Positions 26,901-40,379 of a DNA stretch of 64,000 bases are shown here, in pieces. Positions within the stretch are counted from its first letter, which is position 1. Each line of letters opens with the position of its first letter. A program made the translations under genes and the position numbers. The notes under the pieces were generated by a model, which did no database searches, had not been told where the DNA came from, and saw only the letters and a program-made list of their open reading frames with translations. The stretch lies in the NCBI RefSeq assembly GCF_004010195.1, contig NC_057718.1, positions 45,362,717-45,426,716 of the forward strand. The letters are read 5' to 3'. This DNA is from Chiloscyllium plagiosum. Lineage: Eukaryota.

Positions 26901-27766
26901 TCTATCCCTCCAGGTTTAGGACTCTGTGATAATTTTATCCATTTTCCCATCACGCTGTCACCTGGTCTCCCTTTATCAGGCACTTTCTTATGCAAGTATA
27001 GAACCTACAGCACTTAGTCATCACAGTCTCAGCACTGCAAGGTTCCAAATACACTTGGATGAGACATCATTATGCTTGCATTTATTCCAGTGCTCACTTT
27101 GCAGTCTGCTTACTGGGCTTTGTACTTCGTAACGTCTGCCCAACAATTGCCTTTTGTCCTTCTTAGGTGCTCAAAAATCAGCATGAGAGACATTTGCAGT
27201 AGAGCTTTTTGAATTTTTGTGTAAGATATGAGGAAAAGTATTATCAATATGCTTTGATTAGAGGGTGCTTTGCTTGGATTTTGAAAGGATGCATTGTTGG
27301 ACTAAAGATTGTTTTGTGATAGGCACTTCAACAATGTCACAGAAATAAACTAATGAGTGTTGAATTTACTTAGGATGTGTTAAGGAGGAGGCTGTAGTGA
27401 AGCATATTTGTTGCTTAACAGGAACAAGGACATAGAGCTGTTGACTGCTAGTATCAATAAAATAGGGACTAAAATAAAGATTGGTTCACTGCCAAAAGAA
27501 AGTGAGAAATGTTTATTGTCTGTTAAGGAATGCAATAAAAGTGCCAATAAGGTTTCTGTAAATCTGCAACTAAACCCTGAATAAACAAAGTTTATGAAGA
27601 GTTTTAAGGAGAAATGCATTCAATACCCGTTTTCACCTAAAACACTCATAATTATTATCTATTCAAGATTTAAATTCTACACATAACACTTCTCCTCAAA
27701 AATATTCTATTAGAGTTTAGGAAATGTAAAGATAGTATGGTGCTCTAGTTGCACCATTCAATATTA

Positions 27767-27965
27767 GGGACTGGTTAGCTCACTTGGCTGGACAGCTGGT
27801 TTGTGATGTAGAGTGACATCAATTCTCACACTGGCTGAGGTTACCCATTGAAAGGGTTTCCTTCTCAACCTCTCCCCTCACTTGGTGACTCTCAGATTAA
27901 ACCACCATCAGTCATCTCTAATGAGTCTCCTATGGTCTGCTAAGACAATGATGTCTTTATTTACA
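27767..27965 (+). mobile_element. tRNA-derived SINE (another family)
   Basis: Head gggactggttagctcacttggctgg; an inverted relative lies at about 44430-44610. Confidence 0.65.
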
Positions 27966-28045
27966 GTAATCCTAATTGGATAGTGAAAAGGTAGACACTG
28001 TACATTCTCTGAAATGTGGGGAATGGTGAAGGGAAAGACTATCTA

Positions 28046-28212
28046 CAGAGGAACCTCGATTATTCGAATGACACGGGTATTTGTTCAGCTAATCAGATGT
28101 TCAATAATCGAATGCCGGATAATGCAGTTTAGTCAAGCATCAGGACTTTGCGACCTTGGCTGGATAATCCAAAATTCGGATAAGCGAATGCCGGATAATC
28201 GAGGTTCCTCTG
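28046..28212. mobile_element. Tigger/pogo-like MITE
   Basis: TA target duplication; perfect 18 bp TIR cagaggaacctcgattat / ataatcgaggttcctctg; internal subterminal repeats. Confidence 0.9.
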
Positions 28213-29029
28213 TATACAAAGCTATTTTCTTTGTTCTTCTTCCAAGTAACATTTACTTACTGGGTCACTGTAATGTATTTTCAACCTGTTGAAATGACAG
28301 GACCACAAACTGGTCTGGCAGCTGTTGATGGCTGGGGCAGGTTTTGCAAGAGCTCTTTATTTGACCCTTGACATAAACCGCATACTTTCAAATTCACAAG
28401 TTAAAGAGTGGGGGCAAGTGGGATGGTGCATCAACTCTGTCAACTTTTCTAATCAACCTGTTCAGAGATGTTATTCAGAGTTGGATCTTGAATCCGGGTC
28501 TCCTAGTCCGGATGAACGGACACTACCACTGCATCACAAGCGGGCCCTCAATTGTGTCAAAGGAATAACCCCTACTTAAAGTAACCTAACATGGATTACA
28601 GTGGTTGAAGTGGGAATGGATTTTTGAGGCTGCAGCAATCACAGTAATAAAGGGGAGATGCTGATGCCTCTGGCCCTTCACTTTTGCCCAGAGGCTATGC
28701 TGAACCTGCAGTGAGTTGATCTTTCCCAGTAGGAACGAGGGAAAGGAGAACCTTTCTAATTAAGCACATGTGAATGGAAGTGAGGTTAGTCCAAGTTGGA
28801 GTGAGTATATCATCAGGATCTCTGCAGTTTGGGAAAACCAGCTCTGTGGCAAATTTCAGTTGGGTGTCCCCACACACTGACTTTCTCCTGCACAGCACTC
28901 TTTGAAACATACAAACTTTGCTACTTCAGTCATTCTTCACTCTTGAAGTACTTCACAAACAGAGTGACACTTATTTTGTTATGTGTCCTCCTTCTATTCC
29001 CCTCTCTCTCAGCCATATGCCGTATGCTC

Positions 29030-29260
29030 TGGGAGGGGTTACTGGGGCATTTGACCTTGCTGTGAGAGACATTGGCAAAACTTCCGCACCTGGCCCTCTG
29101 GACACACAACCTGATTCTGAAGCTGCAGATATCTGCAATAGTCTGCATGAAAACCTGAGCTGCCTGAAGCTGTTAAGCTTAAACATGTTAAGAGAGCTTT
29201 GCCTCTGCCTGTCGACCCTGTCTTTGGCATCTCACTGCCTTGGAGCTGGGTCTGTATTCA
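29030..29260 (-). pseudogene. PIF/Harbinger transposase N-terminal remnant
   Basis: Frameshifted RVDRQRQSSLNM...FRQLRFS...TIADICS...SRGPGAEVLPMSL resembles a Harbinger transposase N-terminus. Confidence 0.55.
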
Positions 29261-31159
29261 ACCACTCTATCTTGTGAAGTGGCATATGGCTACGTGAAAA
29301 GTTGGCTTTGCTTCTGCTGTCGGTGTTACTGTTCCTAATACTGTATGTCTAAGGCTCAAGGTGTTGCAGCATAAACTGCTCCTATGCCACAGTGAAGTCT
29401 GGCAGAAAAGTCCTGCCACTGCAGTTAAATAAAGTGCACAGCAAGTGAAATGAATTCTAAGAAGTTGGTGATCACCTGCCGAGCAGATAAACACAGTGAC
29501 TGAAGGAGTGTTGTGGGCAGCAGCTTCTCTATTTCATTGGTCAACGTCTTTTCACCTGTTACTTGAAGTATCTCTTTCTGCTCTGCACTTGCCCGTTGAC
29601 ATTGGTAAGTTGCTAACAGCTCAGGATTTAACTCTGTTGGCTTTTAATGCCAGAAACTTTGATTGAAAACCGAAATTAATGAGTTATTTGAACGTTGAAA
29701 TGGCTGCCCAGCATTTGCAGAAGTTTTCCTCACTGTCCTTCAGACCCACCCAGGTAAAGCCAGAGGCAAGATATCTTGCGATGGACAGATAGCTGAGACA
29801 ATTGTTGAAACAATGAGCTGGCATGTTGCGAATGGACTGCCATTTTGCCAACAGCCTCTTGCTCTGTCTACAGCTTGCTACTCACAAGAGATAATAAGCA
29901 CAGAGCAGGAGGTCAGGACACCATGAGGTGAATGCGTAGTTTAAACTTTGAAGCATACGAACTGGCAATCGTCAGGTCATCTGTCCAATAAGGTTCACAT
30001 ATAGATGCATTTTATCTGCAACAGAGCCACTGGATCAAGCTGGGCGGGAGGGATTTTCAAACGGTCACATCAGCATTATCGTGCTTACACCTTGCTAAGC
30101 TTCTTCCTGTTCCATCAGATAACGAGCAGCACAGTCTTCACAAAGGGACTATTGGCTGCCCTACACATGAGGAATTTTGGTACTACTTCCCATCCACAGT
30201 CCGATTTCAGATAACTAACAAGGAAGCAGCCCACTAGTTAGCTGCCCCCATAAAGTTAAATCGATGAAAGGTGTAATGTCAAGGCTGGAAATGGCCCCTA
30301 CATCGGCTTCTCAATGCTCGTTCCAAAACAAAGCCCTTTGTTTTCCCCTCTTCAGCACAGTGATACCAAGTTAATGGATAAACAGAAATAGAATGGAGGT
30401 TTTCCAGGTGCAATTAGTAAGCTGTCATTTTTTAAAAGCAGCTGCAGTTGTGAAATAAGTTAAGCAGGGGAAAGCTTGATAGTTGAAAGGACTGTTTCAA
30501 AATGTTGTGTTAGCAGATGACTATATTTTTGTCTCATTCCATATGGAGTTTGTAAATGCATGGCTAAATATTTGGACTAGCTTGACATTGCAAGTACAGT
30601 GTTGTTCATAACATTGTTCCTGTACCCACTGCTGACATTAGTGTTGAATTTATTGCTGAAAATATATTGTGTTTTGGCTAGTACAGTTTCTTGTTTGTTA
30701 AAATTCGAGCCAAAAACGGAGAATATTTCCTGAGCCTTGCTGTAACACAGCAACCTACAAATTTAACAATAATGGTTCACAGTGCAGTTTGCAAGTAAAA
30801 CTGAATACTGTATTGCATTTTTCCCAATATCTTCAGCCCCAAATATTTCAAAGGCATAGGGGTCTCAGCAACATGGGCTGTAGTGAGATTTGTGGCTGAA
30901 CTGAATGAGACATCCGGAGAAGCCATCATTTACCCTTTTCATAAACAGCAATATTTTAGTTCCATCTCATATCTTTTCCATGTGCCAGTAGCTTATGCAG
31001 TAAACATATGGCATGGTCTGCAAACAAGCAGTGAGGTCTCAAAGTCTCGGGGAATGAATAGTCTTCACAGAAATCAATGGAAATGGTTGTCAGTCAAGGG
31101 GTTGCAGAGAAACTGGTCAAAGTCATGGTCTGGCATCTGGTTGGCCTGAATCCGGTCAG

Positions 31160-31790
31160 GGTAGTCTGTTCTTTGGCAGTTTGGGGAGTAGATCCCCGTC
31201 AGTATTGTGGCTCCAGTAGTGCCAGTCGCTAAGGTCTAACACTGTCAAGCAAATGCACAAACACTGTACGCGTCTGGGCACTTCTCATCTGGATCTGTGT
31301 AGTCAGGTCACTTGAGGGTGGACCTTGAACAGTCCATCAAGGCTATCAATGAGACTGAGGAGAAAGGTGGATGGGGGTTGGTAGGACTATGGGCAGGCGT
31401 TACCATGAGAATGAGACTCAGAAGTTATTCTTCGGCAGTGAGGGCAGCAAGCTGTGGTGAAGGGATGATGACATTTGTATTGGAAGTAGCAGGATCTGCA
31501 AGGGAAAGTATAGTAAAGCGGGTCTTGGAAGGGGTTAATGCAGAAGGGAGGGTTGTCTACGGTGAGGAGCAATCCTGGCCTCTGGAGACAGTTAATGACC
31601 ACACCTGGCACAATCAGTTTGGATGGTTCGGACTGGGTGGGAAGGGCGAGCAAGAGTAGGTACCTAGACAGTTTGGGTTGGGAGGTGGGATGGAGCGATG
31701 TGAAGCTTGTGGACTTTACAGGATGGGCTACACTGAAAGGGATGGCACTCACTGACACATTTATGTTAAAGGCTGCAAGCCACTAGTCAA
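31160..31790 (-). mobile_element. L2-type LINE endonuclease-region remnant
   Basis: Pyrimidine-rich minus strand with decayed AP-endonuclease-like wording; no intact ORF. Confidence 0.45.
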
Positions 31791-32291
31791 GGAGCATTCA
31801 CTGTTGCCTTCCATCCTCCTGAAATCAAAGTGAGTGGGATAAGATGACCTGTTAGGGTGAGGGGCTGCATGACCCACCAATGATGGGGCTTTTTAAAGGA
31901 AAGCACTTGCAGGGTCCTATTGCCAAGCCATCCTAAAGCACTGGCCTGTTCTGCATGTTGCTGTCCCTGCCTAGACACTGCTGGACAACTCATTGACAGC
32001 TATACCCTTAGGCACAGAGGCTCTGGAGTAATAGGGATGTTGCACAAGGAGGTCAAAGGTGAGAGCATGATGCAATGCCATATATATGCATTATTCATAT
32101 TCCTTCCACTTGATGCCACCAGCTCTTTAGTGCAGACCTCCAGCCATGGGAGCCTCATCTATGGCCATGAATGATGCTGGATGAACATCAAGATATATGG
32201 TTAAGGCACGTTTAGTTATTGAAAGATTCACAATTCTCTCTCCCCCCCCAAATACCACCACCAACCCCACCTTCCCTCTCTCTCCATCTCT

Positions 32292-32296
<5 letters not shown>

Positions 32297-32322
<26 letters not shown>
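32297..32322 (+). repeat. (CT)n microsatellite
   Basis: Direct reading. Confidence 0.9.
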
Positions 32323-32499
32323 TTATGTCTCACTTTCGGTCTCCCTGTACTGCGTGGAGTCAGGAGCCAATACAGAGGCCACACAGGATCAATGCTGGAG
32401 GTTGGACAGAGTTAGTCTGAGTGAGGGAAGATGGCAGAGTACAAGCCCTGGTGGGAGATGGATACTGAAGCAGACATACTGAGTGTGTAGTAGCATGTA

Positions 32500-32737
32500 A
32501 AAGATTGTGGGACTTAGTCTTGGCAGTGGAGAAGGTCATTGACCTTCCTTTGATGGTATTGATCATTTCTCTGTAGCCCAGAAACCACACTGACTCATGT
32601 GGCAACCGCTAACTGGGCTTCCAGGATGTGGTGGTGGAAACTTTTCCGATGATCCTCTGGGAAGAGGGCTCCTCTCCACTGCAAATCTCTAGGTTCCTGT
32701 CAGAGAATTGTGGTGCCATCTTCCCTTTCTCTGCCAT
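32500..32737 (-). pseudogene. Harbinger-associated Myb/SANT-like gene remnant
   Basis: Minus strand MAEKGKMAPQFSDRNLEI then, after frameshifts, RKVNDLL; pattern of NAIF1/MSANTD-like domains. Confidence 0.65.
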
Positions 32738-34324
32738 GTTCCAGCTCAGGCTGTTAATGAGTATGGCACATCCAGAATGGCAGTGCTCGTGCAGCTACGT
32801 AGTGGCCTTTTAAAGGTTTCTTGGTTGCAAGGGAGGCGTGTCTTCGGGCAGGTATCCTCTGAGTGGCATGTGGTAGGCTGGGTCTGGAGCTGGACTTAAG
32901 AGATGCCTTGGGGTTGAGGTGGGTTAGTAAAGTGGCAAGTTTGATAAGATATAGTGGGAGAACTCACCAGGCCTCACAATGAAAATCCTCTTTTCAAAAA
33001 AAACACAATACAACTTGGACTTACAATGCTCAGTGCTGTGTTACAGTTGTTCGTAAGATGTATGTTGTGAGTTGATTATATCTAAACGTTTAACAAAAAT
33101 GCATCAGGTCAAAGTTTGCAGGTAGGCTATTGCACTTAATGTGCTGGTATTAGCTCTCAAAGACCATATGTAGGGGGTGCTTTGCAACTGAACTTGTTCA
33201 AGGAAAATCCCTTAAATTCAATGTCAGTCCCTTGACAGTGTGTATATTACTGCCACCCCTCCGTTAGGCACCAACTGAGAAGGCAGCAGACGTTCTGTGT
33301 TTGGAATGACTGATGGAGAAGTGAATCTCTAGGGCTCCCTTTGTGGAAGGAATGTTGTGTTTTGGACAGGCCTCAGCAAGGGTCTGACACTTGTACTAGC
33401 TTGCAGTGTGGTGAGAGAGAGACAGGTGTGCAGAAACACATGGTCGAGGGCTTCTGTTAGAGAAAGGGCTACTTTGTTTGTGAATGTTTTTATGCCTTTA
33501 GAATTGAGTGGGTAAAATACTTTTCCAGTCTGAATCGTGTTAAGAGACCAACGTGGCCCAATCCATCAAACAAGAAGTGCATTTAACTGTTGCGCTGTTC
33601 TAAGTAAAACTATTCAGCTTTCATGATGCACGTATTCTTACTTTCTGGTATATTAGTGCAGGGGCAACCTCTAGAAATAATCTTTTCAAACACAAGGGAA
33701 ATGATAAGGAAATTGTGTTATGCATAGCTAATTTTCAATTCAGTGTAAGACATGTGCACAGCTGACTGTGTTGGGAAGTTAACTTTATCCTTGTTCTAAT
33801 TTGAGAAAGCACTCTCCATGGCAGATGTCATTGCTGGGTGTTTTGCTATTTTGCAAGGTGAAGGTGTTGCAGGTGCTAAAGTACCTTTAACATAACGTTT
33901 CCGCTGAATATTTAATGAAAAAAAATGTCAGCACCTCGAGGAGCTTTAGAGTTTTATTCTCAAATTCACCGATGTATCAGCACAAATAAAATTTGTAAAA
34001 AAATTAATTTTGTAAAAGGGAAATTTGTACAAGCTGAGTAACCATTTCGAATAATCTAGCACAGCTTGTTAAAGACAGGCTAGCAACTTTCCAAAAGGAA
34101 GTTTGAAAAATATATGTGCATACAAGCCTATGATCAGGTTTGCTGCTTTACAATGGCCAGTCAGGTTCAATGCTGCTTTTATTACATGGATTTCAGAATT
34201 TATAATCATTGTTTTGAAGATCATACTTATTGGAAATGCTAACATCATGGTTGTCACTGGACCAGCAATCCAGAGTTGAGTTTGAGCCCCAACACAGCAG
34301 TTCTAGACTTTAAATTGAGTTAAT

Positions 34325-35310
34325 TCAGCACCATTCACAACTCATTCAGATATTGAAGCAGTCCTTTTCAAAATACAAAATTATCTAGACAAAATCCCGG
34401 CTTCAGCCGATAAGTGGCAAGTAACATTGTCTGGCACTTAGTGTGTCTTGAAATACCATCTCCAACAAAAGCGAATTAACTATATCACCTTGACATTCAG
34501 TGGCATGACTGTCCCTGATTTCACCACCATCCCCCTCCCCTTTCTACATTGTCTGTGTTACTATTGATTGACCACAGACTGGACTGGATCAGCCAGAAAA
34601 ATACTGTGGCTACAAAGAAAATCAGAAGCTAGAAATTGTGAGATGAGTAACTGCAGCACAAAGCAGCCAGCCTGATTGGTACCCCATCCACAGCCTTAAG
34701 GATTGACTCACTGTCCCATCAATGTACAGTGGCAAACATGTGTACCATCTGCAAAATGAGCTGAGACAATTTACTTAGGCTCCTTCAACAAAACCGTCTA
34801 AATCTGTAAACTCCACCACTCAAAGAAAATCAGCAAATACATTGGAACCCCTTCACCTGTAAATTCCCTTCCAAGCTACACACTATCGTGACCTGAACAA
34901 TGTCATCACTCCTTCACTGTCACGAGGTCAGAATTCTGACATCACTTCTCAGCAGCATGGAATACACAAGTTCAAGAAGGAGGTTCATCACCAAAGACAA
35001 ATAGTGACAGACAATAAATGCTAGTTTAGATTAGATTAGATTAGATTACTTACAGTGTGGAAACAGGCCCTTCAGCCCAACAAGTCCACACCGACCCTCC
35101 GAAGAGCAACCCACCCAGATCCATTTCCCTACATTTACCCCTTCACCTAACACTATGGGCAATTTAGCATGGCCAACTCACCTAACCTGCACATCTTTGG
35201 ACTGTGGGAGGAAACCGGAGCACCCGGAGGAAACCCACGCAGACACGGGGAGAATGTGCAAACTCCACACAGACTCCACACAGTAGTGATGCCTATAACC
35301 CATGAGCAAA
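34325..35310 (+). mobile_element. CR1/L2-clade LINE 3' part
   Basis: gataagtggcaagtaacatt (DKWQVT) shared with 40955; tail interrupted by a SINE. Confidence 0.75.
35026..35284 (-). mobile_element. Young HE1/V-SINE-like element with (TTAGA)n tail
   Basis: CpG-retaining copy of the 23933-24229 family. Confidence 0.88.
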
Positions 35311-36589
35311 TTTTTTTTTAAAAAGTTTGAAATCAAAAATCTTAGCAATGGTGATCACAAAATGCCCATTTGTCATAATAACTCAGTTGGATCACTAATG
35401 TTCTTTCAGAGAAGGAAACTTATTGTCCAATTGATGTGGCCTTTTTGTAACTGCTGACCCACAGCAGTATGGTTGATTCTTTAACTGCCCTCTGAAGTAA
35501 GTCAGAGCAAGTCCAACAGTTAAAACTAAGCAATCTATGAGAAATGATAATCCACATGACTGCAGTGGTTCAGAAGATGTCTCAACTTCTGAATTAATAG
35601 AAAAAATCTTTTAAAAACCTTGTTGTTGCATCTTGGAATTAATGCTTGGTGTTATTTAAAGTTGAAATCCTAAACCCAAAGGCATTGTCTATGGCATGCA
35701 GAAGCAAGTACTGACAGAATGTAGTGGTGTATGAGCATACTGTGGCTTAATTATCAGCATACCAAAATACATCCATCAGTTGCATTAAAGAGAAAAACAA
35801 AAATGTTTTTTACTATGGAAAATTTGAGTTTTCAAAGGAATTATTGTGAGAACTGAGGAAACACAATGAATTTTCTAGAGGTTTGGAGTAATGTCTTCTC
35901 CCAATACCTTATTAGTGTATTAACTATCTTTTGGTGGCAGTGAATATTTGTTTATCTGAAGACAAAAATAATTTAACCTGGAAGAATCAAAATCAGTAGA
36001 TGTTAAAAATTCAGGCAAATGTTTAATTCTCTTTTTAATTAGAGTGGAGCTATATCTTCATTTTCCCTGAACTTTCAGCAGTTGAGATTTGAATTTTCTG
36101 TTAGCTGGAGTTTGTAAATGAATTAAAGTAGGCTGCTGCTAGAACACACTAGCTTAATTTTCATTAGCATTGCTATGAAAAGTGGACACACCTTTGAAAG
36201 ACTCAACAGGAGTCTACTTAGTTGTCTTTAAACCTTTGGGCATGACCACTCCCTCTAACATTACTCTGTTCACCACCCCTGATTTATAGTCCAAACCTAT
36301 TTTAATTAATACTGACACAGTACAAGGATTCCTTGAAGTGGATACCGTATTGAGGTTACTACTGTTGAATATTGGGAGAACTTAGTTTGCACATCAAACT
36401 ATTAGGTACTTGCGAGTTTTGTTGCTGGTTTCCTTCTAATGACACTTGCGAAGGAATTCCCATCTTTTATTAGTTTACAACATTAGTCCTGAAGTTTCCA
36501 AGTCATGCATCAGGATAGTTGATTGGTCATCACTGCTGTCTCCTGATATTCATCATAATAGCTCATGATTCCAGTGAGTCTTTTCCATG

Positions 36590-36790
36590 CACTATGTGAA
36601 AAGCCCATTATGAGAAGGCACATGCAACTGTAATAAGAATGATGGAAAAGATTATTGAACATTGTGAAGTTTAGTTGTTAGGAATTGGACATAACTGCTG
36701 GAGCTATGCAGTACAGTTCTGCTAGAGTTTCTAGAATCACCACAGCTTGCTACCTTCTGCATAATATTGTAATGAAGAAAGAATTATACC
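36590..36790 (+). pseudogene. PIF/Harbinger transposase C-terminal remnant
   Basis: From 36685: LDITAGAMQYSSARVSRITTACYLLHNIVMKKEL, matching the HARBI1-type LD..GG.LQY...AC..LHN pattern. Confidence 0.75.
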
Positions 36791-37185
36791 TTTCAGAAGG
36801 TGAAAGGATTGGTTTAACATTGAAAAGGTTTCTCTGCTTCACATGTGAAAGGTGTGTATGAGAGAGAGAGAGAAAATGGAGATTGCTGAAAAGGGTGACA
36901 TGTTGTCAAGGATTTTCATCTTGAGCACATCAGTGCAAATGGAAGAATATCAAATTTGAAATTATCCCTAAAATCTTATTCCTGTGAATCACCTTTCTGT
37001 CAAAAGTGCCTCCACCAATACATGTGCAAGGGAGATGAGCCTTGCACTGCTGACACCATGGTTTCTATCTGACCGTGTTTAAAACTGTCCCCTGTTTTTA
37101 AATAGCTACAGCATATTGAGCACTGCACTATTTAATTTCCCTTATATGCAGTGGCAGTAAACCTATGAGTAGTAGTATTACCACT

Positions 37186-37395
37186 ACCTATCGCACTGTC
37201 AGCTACCTTCCCCCCAGCCCCACCCCCTTCCCATTTATCTCACCACCCCTTTGGCTCACAGCCTCATTCCTGATGAAGGGCTTTTGCCCGAAACATCAAT
37301 TCTCCTGCTCCTCAGATGCTACCTGACCTGCTGTGCTTTTCCAGCACCACACTCTTGACTCTAATCTCCAGCATCTGCAGTCCTCACTTTTGCCC
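37186..37395 (+). mobile_element. PLE pLTR fragment
   Basis: Perfect 12 bp TSD agtattaccact at 37174-37185 and 37396-37407; related to 10590-10761. Confidence 0.9.
37267..37300 (+). ncRNA. Minimal hammerhead ribozyme motif (stem III mutated)
   Basis: CUGAUGA-A-GGGC-UUUU-GCCC-GAAA-CAUC-AAU; CGUCG has decayed to CAUCA. Confidence 0.65.
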
Positions 37396-39856
37396 AGTAT
37401 TACCACTCCAGCTTGTTCTGTCCAGCAAGTTACAAACTTGAGAGGAAAACAGGTTGAATGAGTGCCCCGTTTGGCACTAGTTGTTTGAAAGGAGTAAAAT
37501 TGAGCCCAGTTACATTCTTATACAATTGGGTATAGAAGCAAGTTTGTTGAATAATTAGGCAAGAGTGATCATAGTAATAGATTGCCATTATTACATTAAC
37601 TAAAAGCTGAAATGAGAATCCATTATAATTTCAAATCTTCAGAAAGGCTAACATTACTCAAGTTTGGGAAAACTTCAATCATATCACTCCCATTGAATTA
37701 GGCTGGGATAGTTCCAGTCCCTTAAAAAATATGAATACAGGCATAGTCCTACAAATCCAGCATGCTTGTAAATGAGACAGTGGCGGATTTGGATATACAT
37801 CATTTATATTTGGGTAGTTTGGGCCAAGGTCAATTTGAGTCACCTTGTGGTGGGGTGGGGTTAACTGTGACTTGGAGTGTGGAGAGTGGCAAACCTGTAA
37901 CCAGTCTGAAACCACACCAATGCAATACTTAACTGGATTGTTCAGGTTTGTTATTTCTTTTAAATTTTATTTAATTAAAAATTGGTGCATTGAATACTAT
38001 AAAAATGTCAGGTTCTCAGACACTGCTAGGTAACCCTATTTGAGGTATCTTAGCTGTACCTTTTATAAAAAAGCATATTACAGTAAAAGGAGGCCACGTA
38101 TATCTCTTCGTCTAGAATTTCCTTCGTTAAATTTAATGCTGAGACTTGTGCCAAAGGAAACCTGAGGCTAAATTTCCTGCAAAGCATATTTGCCTACAAG
38201 ACATTAAATTCTGTATTAAAGTAAGCGCAACCTCAGTGTCAGCAATAGAGGTAACAGTGATGGACTGCTGTTGTCTTCCTTGACATCTCACTCTGTCTCT
38301 GCTGCTTCTCTTTCCCCGTTTTCATTATTATGTAGACCGAAGCATTTCACTTAGACCATACTAGTTGCTTAGTTCTTTGAAAGTGCAGGGATGATGGTGA
38401 CCAGAAAAAGTTCAGATATGTCAAAATTCATTACACTTTGGTTAAAAATAGAAAAGGTTTCAGTCACAAAACATCAGTGAATATAATGATGTTAAAAACG
38501 CTATCAAACTGTGTTACGTACAGTGTTACACCTAAAATATGAGTGTACATGTGTGCAAGCAAATTCTTGAATTTGTACCAGTAAAGTCATGCAAGTTGCA
38601 TTTTTGCCTGAGCAAAGTGTAATGTTATGTTAGTGACCAAGAGAAGCTTTAGGCAAACATGTATGGAGGTAAAGCAAAAGTTTAAAGAAACTCACATGTA
38701 GCGGCACAAAGTGGTATTGACAGAACTGGGAAACTGTGCTTTCCCAGTAGTTAATAAATAGACCTAAGGAGCAAGTTTTCAGTTTGTGCAATGAATATGG
38801 ATTTGCAGCTGCATACCTTCATAAGAGCACTGGTCAGCTCACAATTAAGGCAGAGAAAATAGGATACAGAATTCATTAGCGGGGAGCTACAAATTTATAG
38901 AAATTGTGGCCAATGTGGTGGGCTATCTCAGGAAGCTTTATGATAGTTCTACTACTGACCAAATTGGCCAAGACTAATATACATAGTTTGTAGACTGGGT
39001 TTATAGCAGTGGTGAGGAAACCAAAAATAATGAGAAACCTACTTTGAACATGCTCACAAAACTGTTGTCATAGATGTCTCTGTTAATGACAATGTTGGTA
39101 GGAGAGACCATGAAATGAAATGAAAGGAAATGAATCCTCATCTTCACATTGAGGATCCCCTCCATCATGTTGTGAGACAATGTCACTGTGCTCAGTCGGA
39201 TAGATTCAGAACAAATCTAGTAACTCAAAACTGGACATACATGAGGCACTGTGGACCATTAGCAACAGATTTGCATTCAACGACAGTCTGGAGCCATTGC
39301 CACCAAGCTAGGAGATCAACCGTGTTCAAGCAAAAGTGCAGGAGCTTCACCCGGCATAGAAATGGAGTGTCCGACTTGTGTAACTACGACAAAGGATAAC
39401 TTGCACACTAAACAGCACAAGCAACATGCATTGGGCAAGGATCGGCAATCCCACAATCAAAAGCAGTTCTGCACACTTGATTGTGAATGGTGATAGATAA
39501 TTAAACAATCAACAGGGGGAGCAAGTTCCATAAATATCCCCATCCTCAGTGAAGAGCAAAGCCCAGCGTATCCAATGTAAAAGATAAGACAGAAATATTT
39601 GCATCCATATCCGGAAGGAAATGCCAAGGTTATGATCCAATTTGACCTCCTCCTAAATGTCCCAGCATCAGAGATGCTAGTCTACAGCCAAGTTAATTCA
39701 CATGACATCAAGAAATATCTGATACTAGGTACTGCAAAGGCTTCAGACAGCATTCCAACAAGAATACTGAAGGCTTGTACTCCAGAACTACTGTTCCTGG
39801 CCAACCTGTTCCAATACAGCTACAACACTGGCAGGTATTGACAGTGTTTAAAATTG

Positions 39857-40071
39857 GAAGGAGAAAGTGAGGACTGCATATGCTGGAGATCAGAGTCAAA
39901 CAGTGTGGTGCTGGAAAAGCACAGCTGGTCAGGCAGCATCCGATGATTAGGAGAGTCAACGTTTTGAGCGTATTCCTGATGAAGAGCTTATGTTTGAAAT
40001 GTCAACTCTCTGCTCCTCAAATGTTGCCTGACCGGCTGTGCTTTTCCAGCACCATACTTTTTGATTCTGAA
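39857..40071. mobile_element. Fold-back PLE pLTR with central decayed hammerhead
   Basis: TSD tgtttaaaattg (39845-39856) / tgttgaaaattg (40072-40083); inverted arms tggtgctggaaaagcacagc / gctgtgcttttccagcacca; CUGAUGA at 39976. Confidence 0.85.
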
Positions 40072-40379
40072 TGTTGAAAATTGTCTAGGCATGCCCCATA
40101 TAGAAAAAGCAGGACTTATCCAATCCAGTCAGTTATTGCCCTGCCCTTCTCAATCATCACCAACATGACAGAAAAGGTTGTTGACTGTGCTATGAAATGG
40201 CAGTCCTCCAGCAATAATCTGCTTCTTGATATTGTATTTGCTGTGGCCACACAACTGCTGGCCTCTTTACAGTTTGCATCCAAACATGGATGAAAGAGTT
40301 AAACTCCAGAAGTAACAGCGACTTGCATTTGACATCATGGCAGCACTTAACTAAATAGACTATCAAGAAACTGGAGTTA

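Noticed and set aside
33387..33406. Possible p53 response element (two CTTG cores 10 bp apart)
   Set aside because: About five mismatches to RRRCWWGYYY x2; not above chance.
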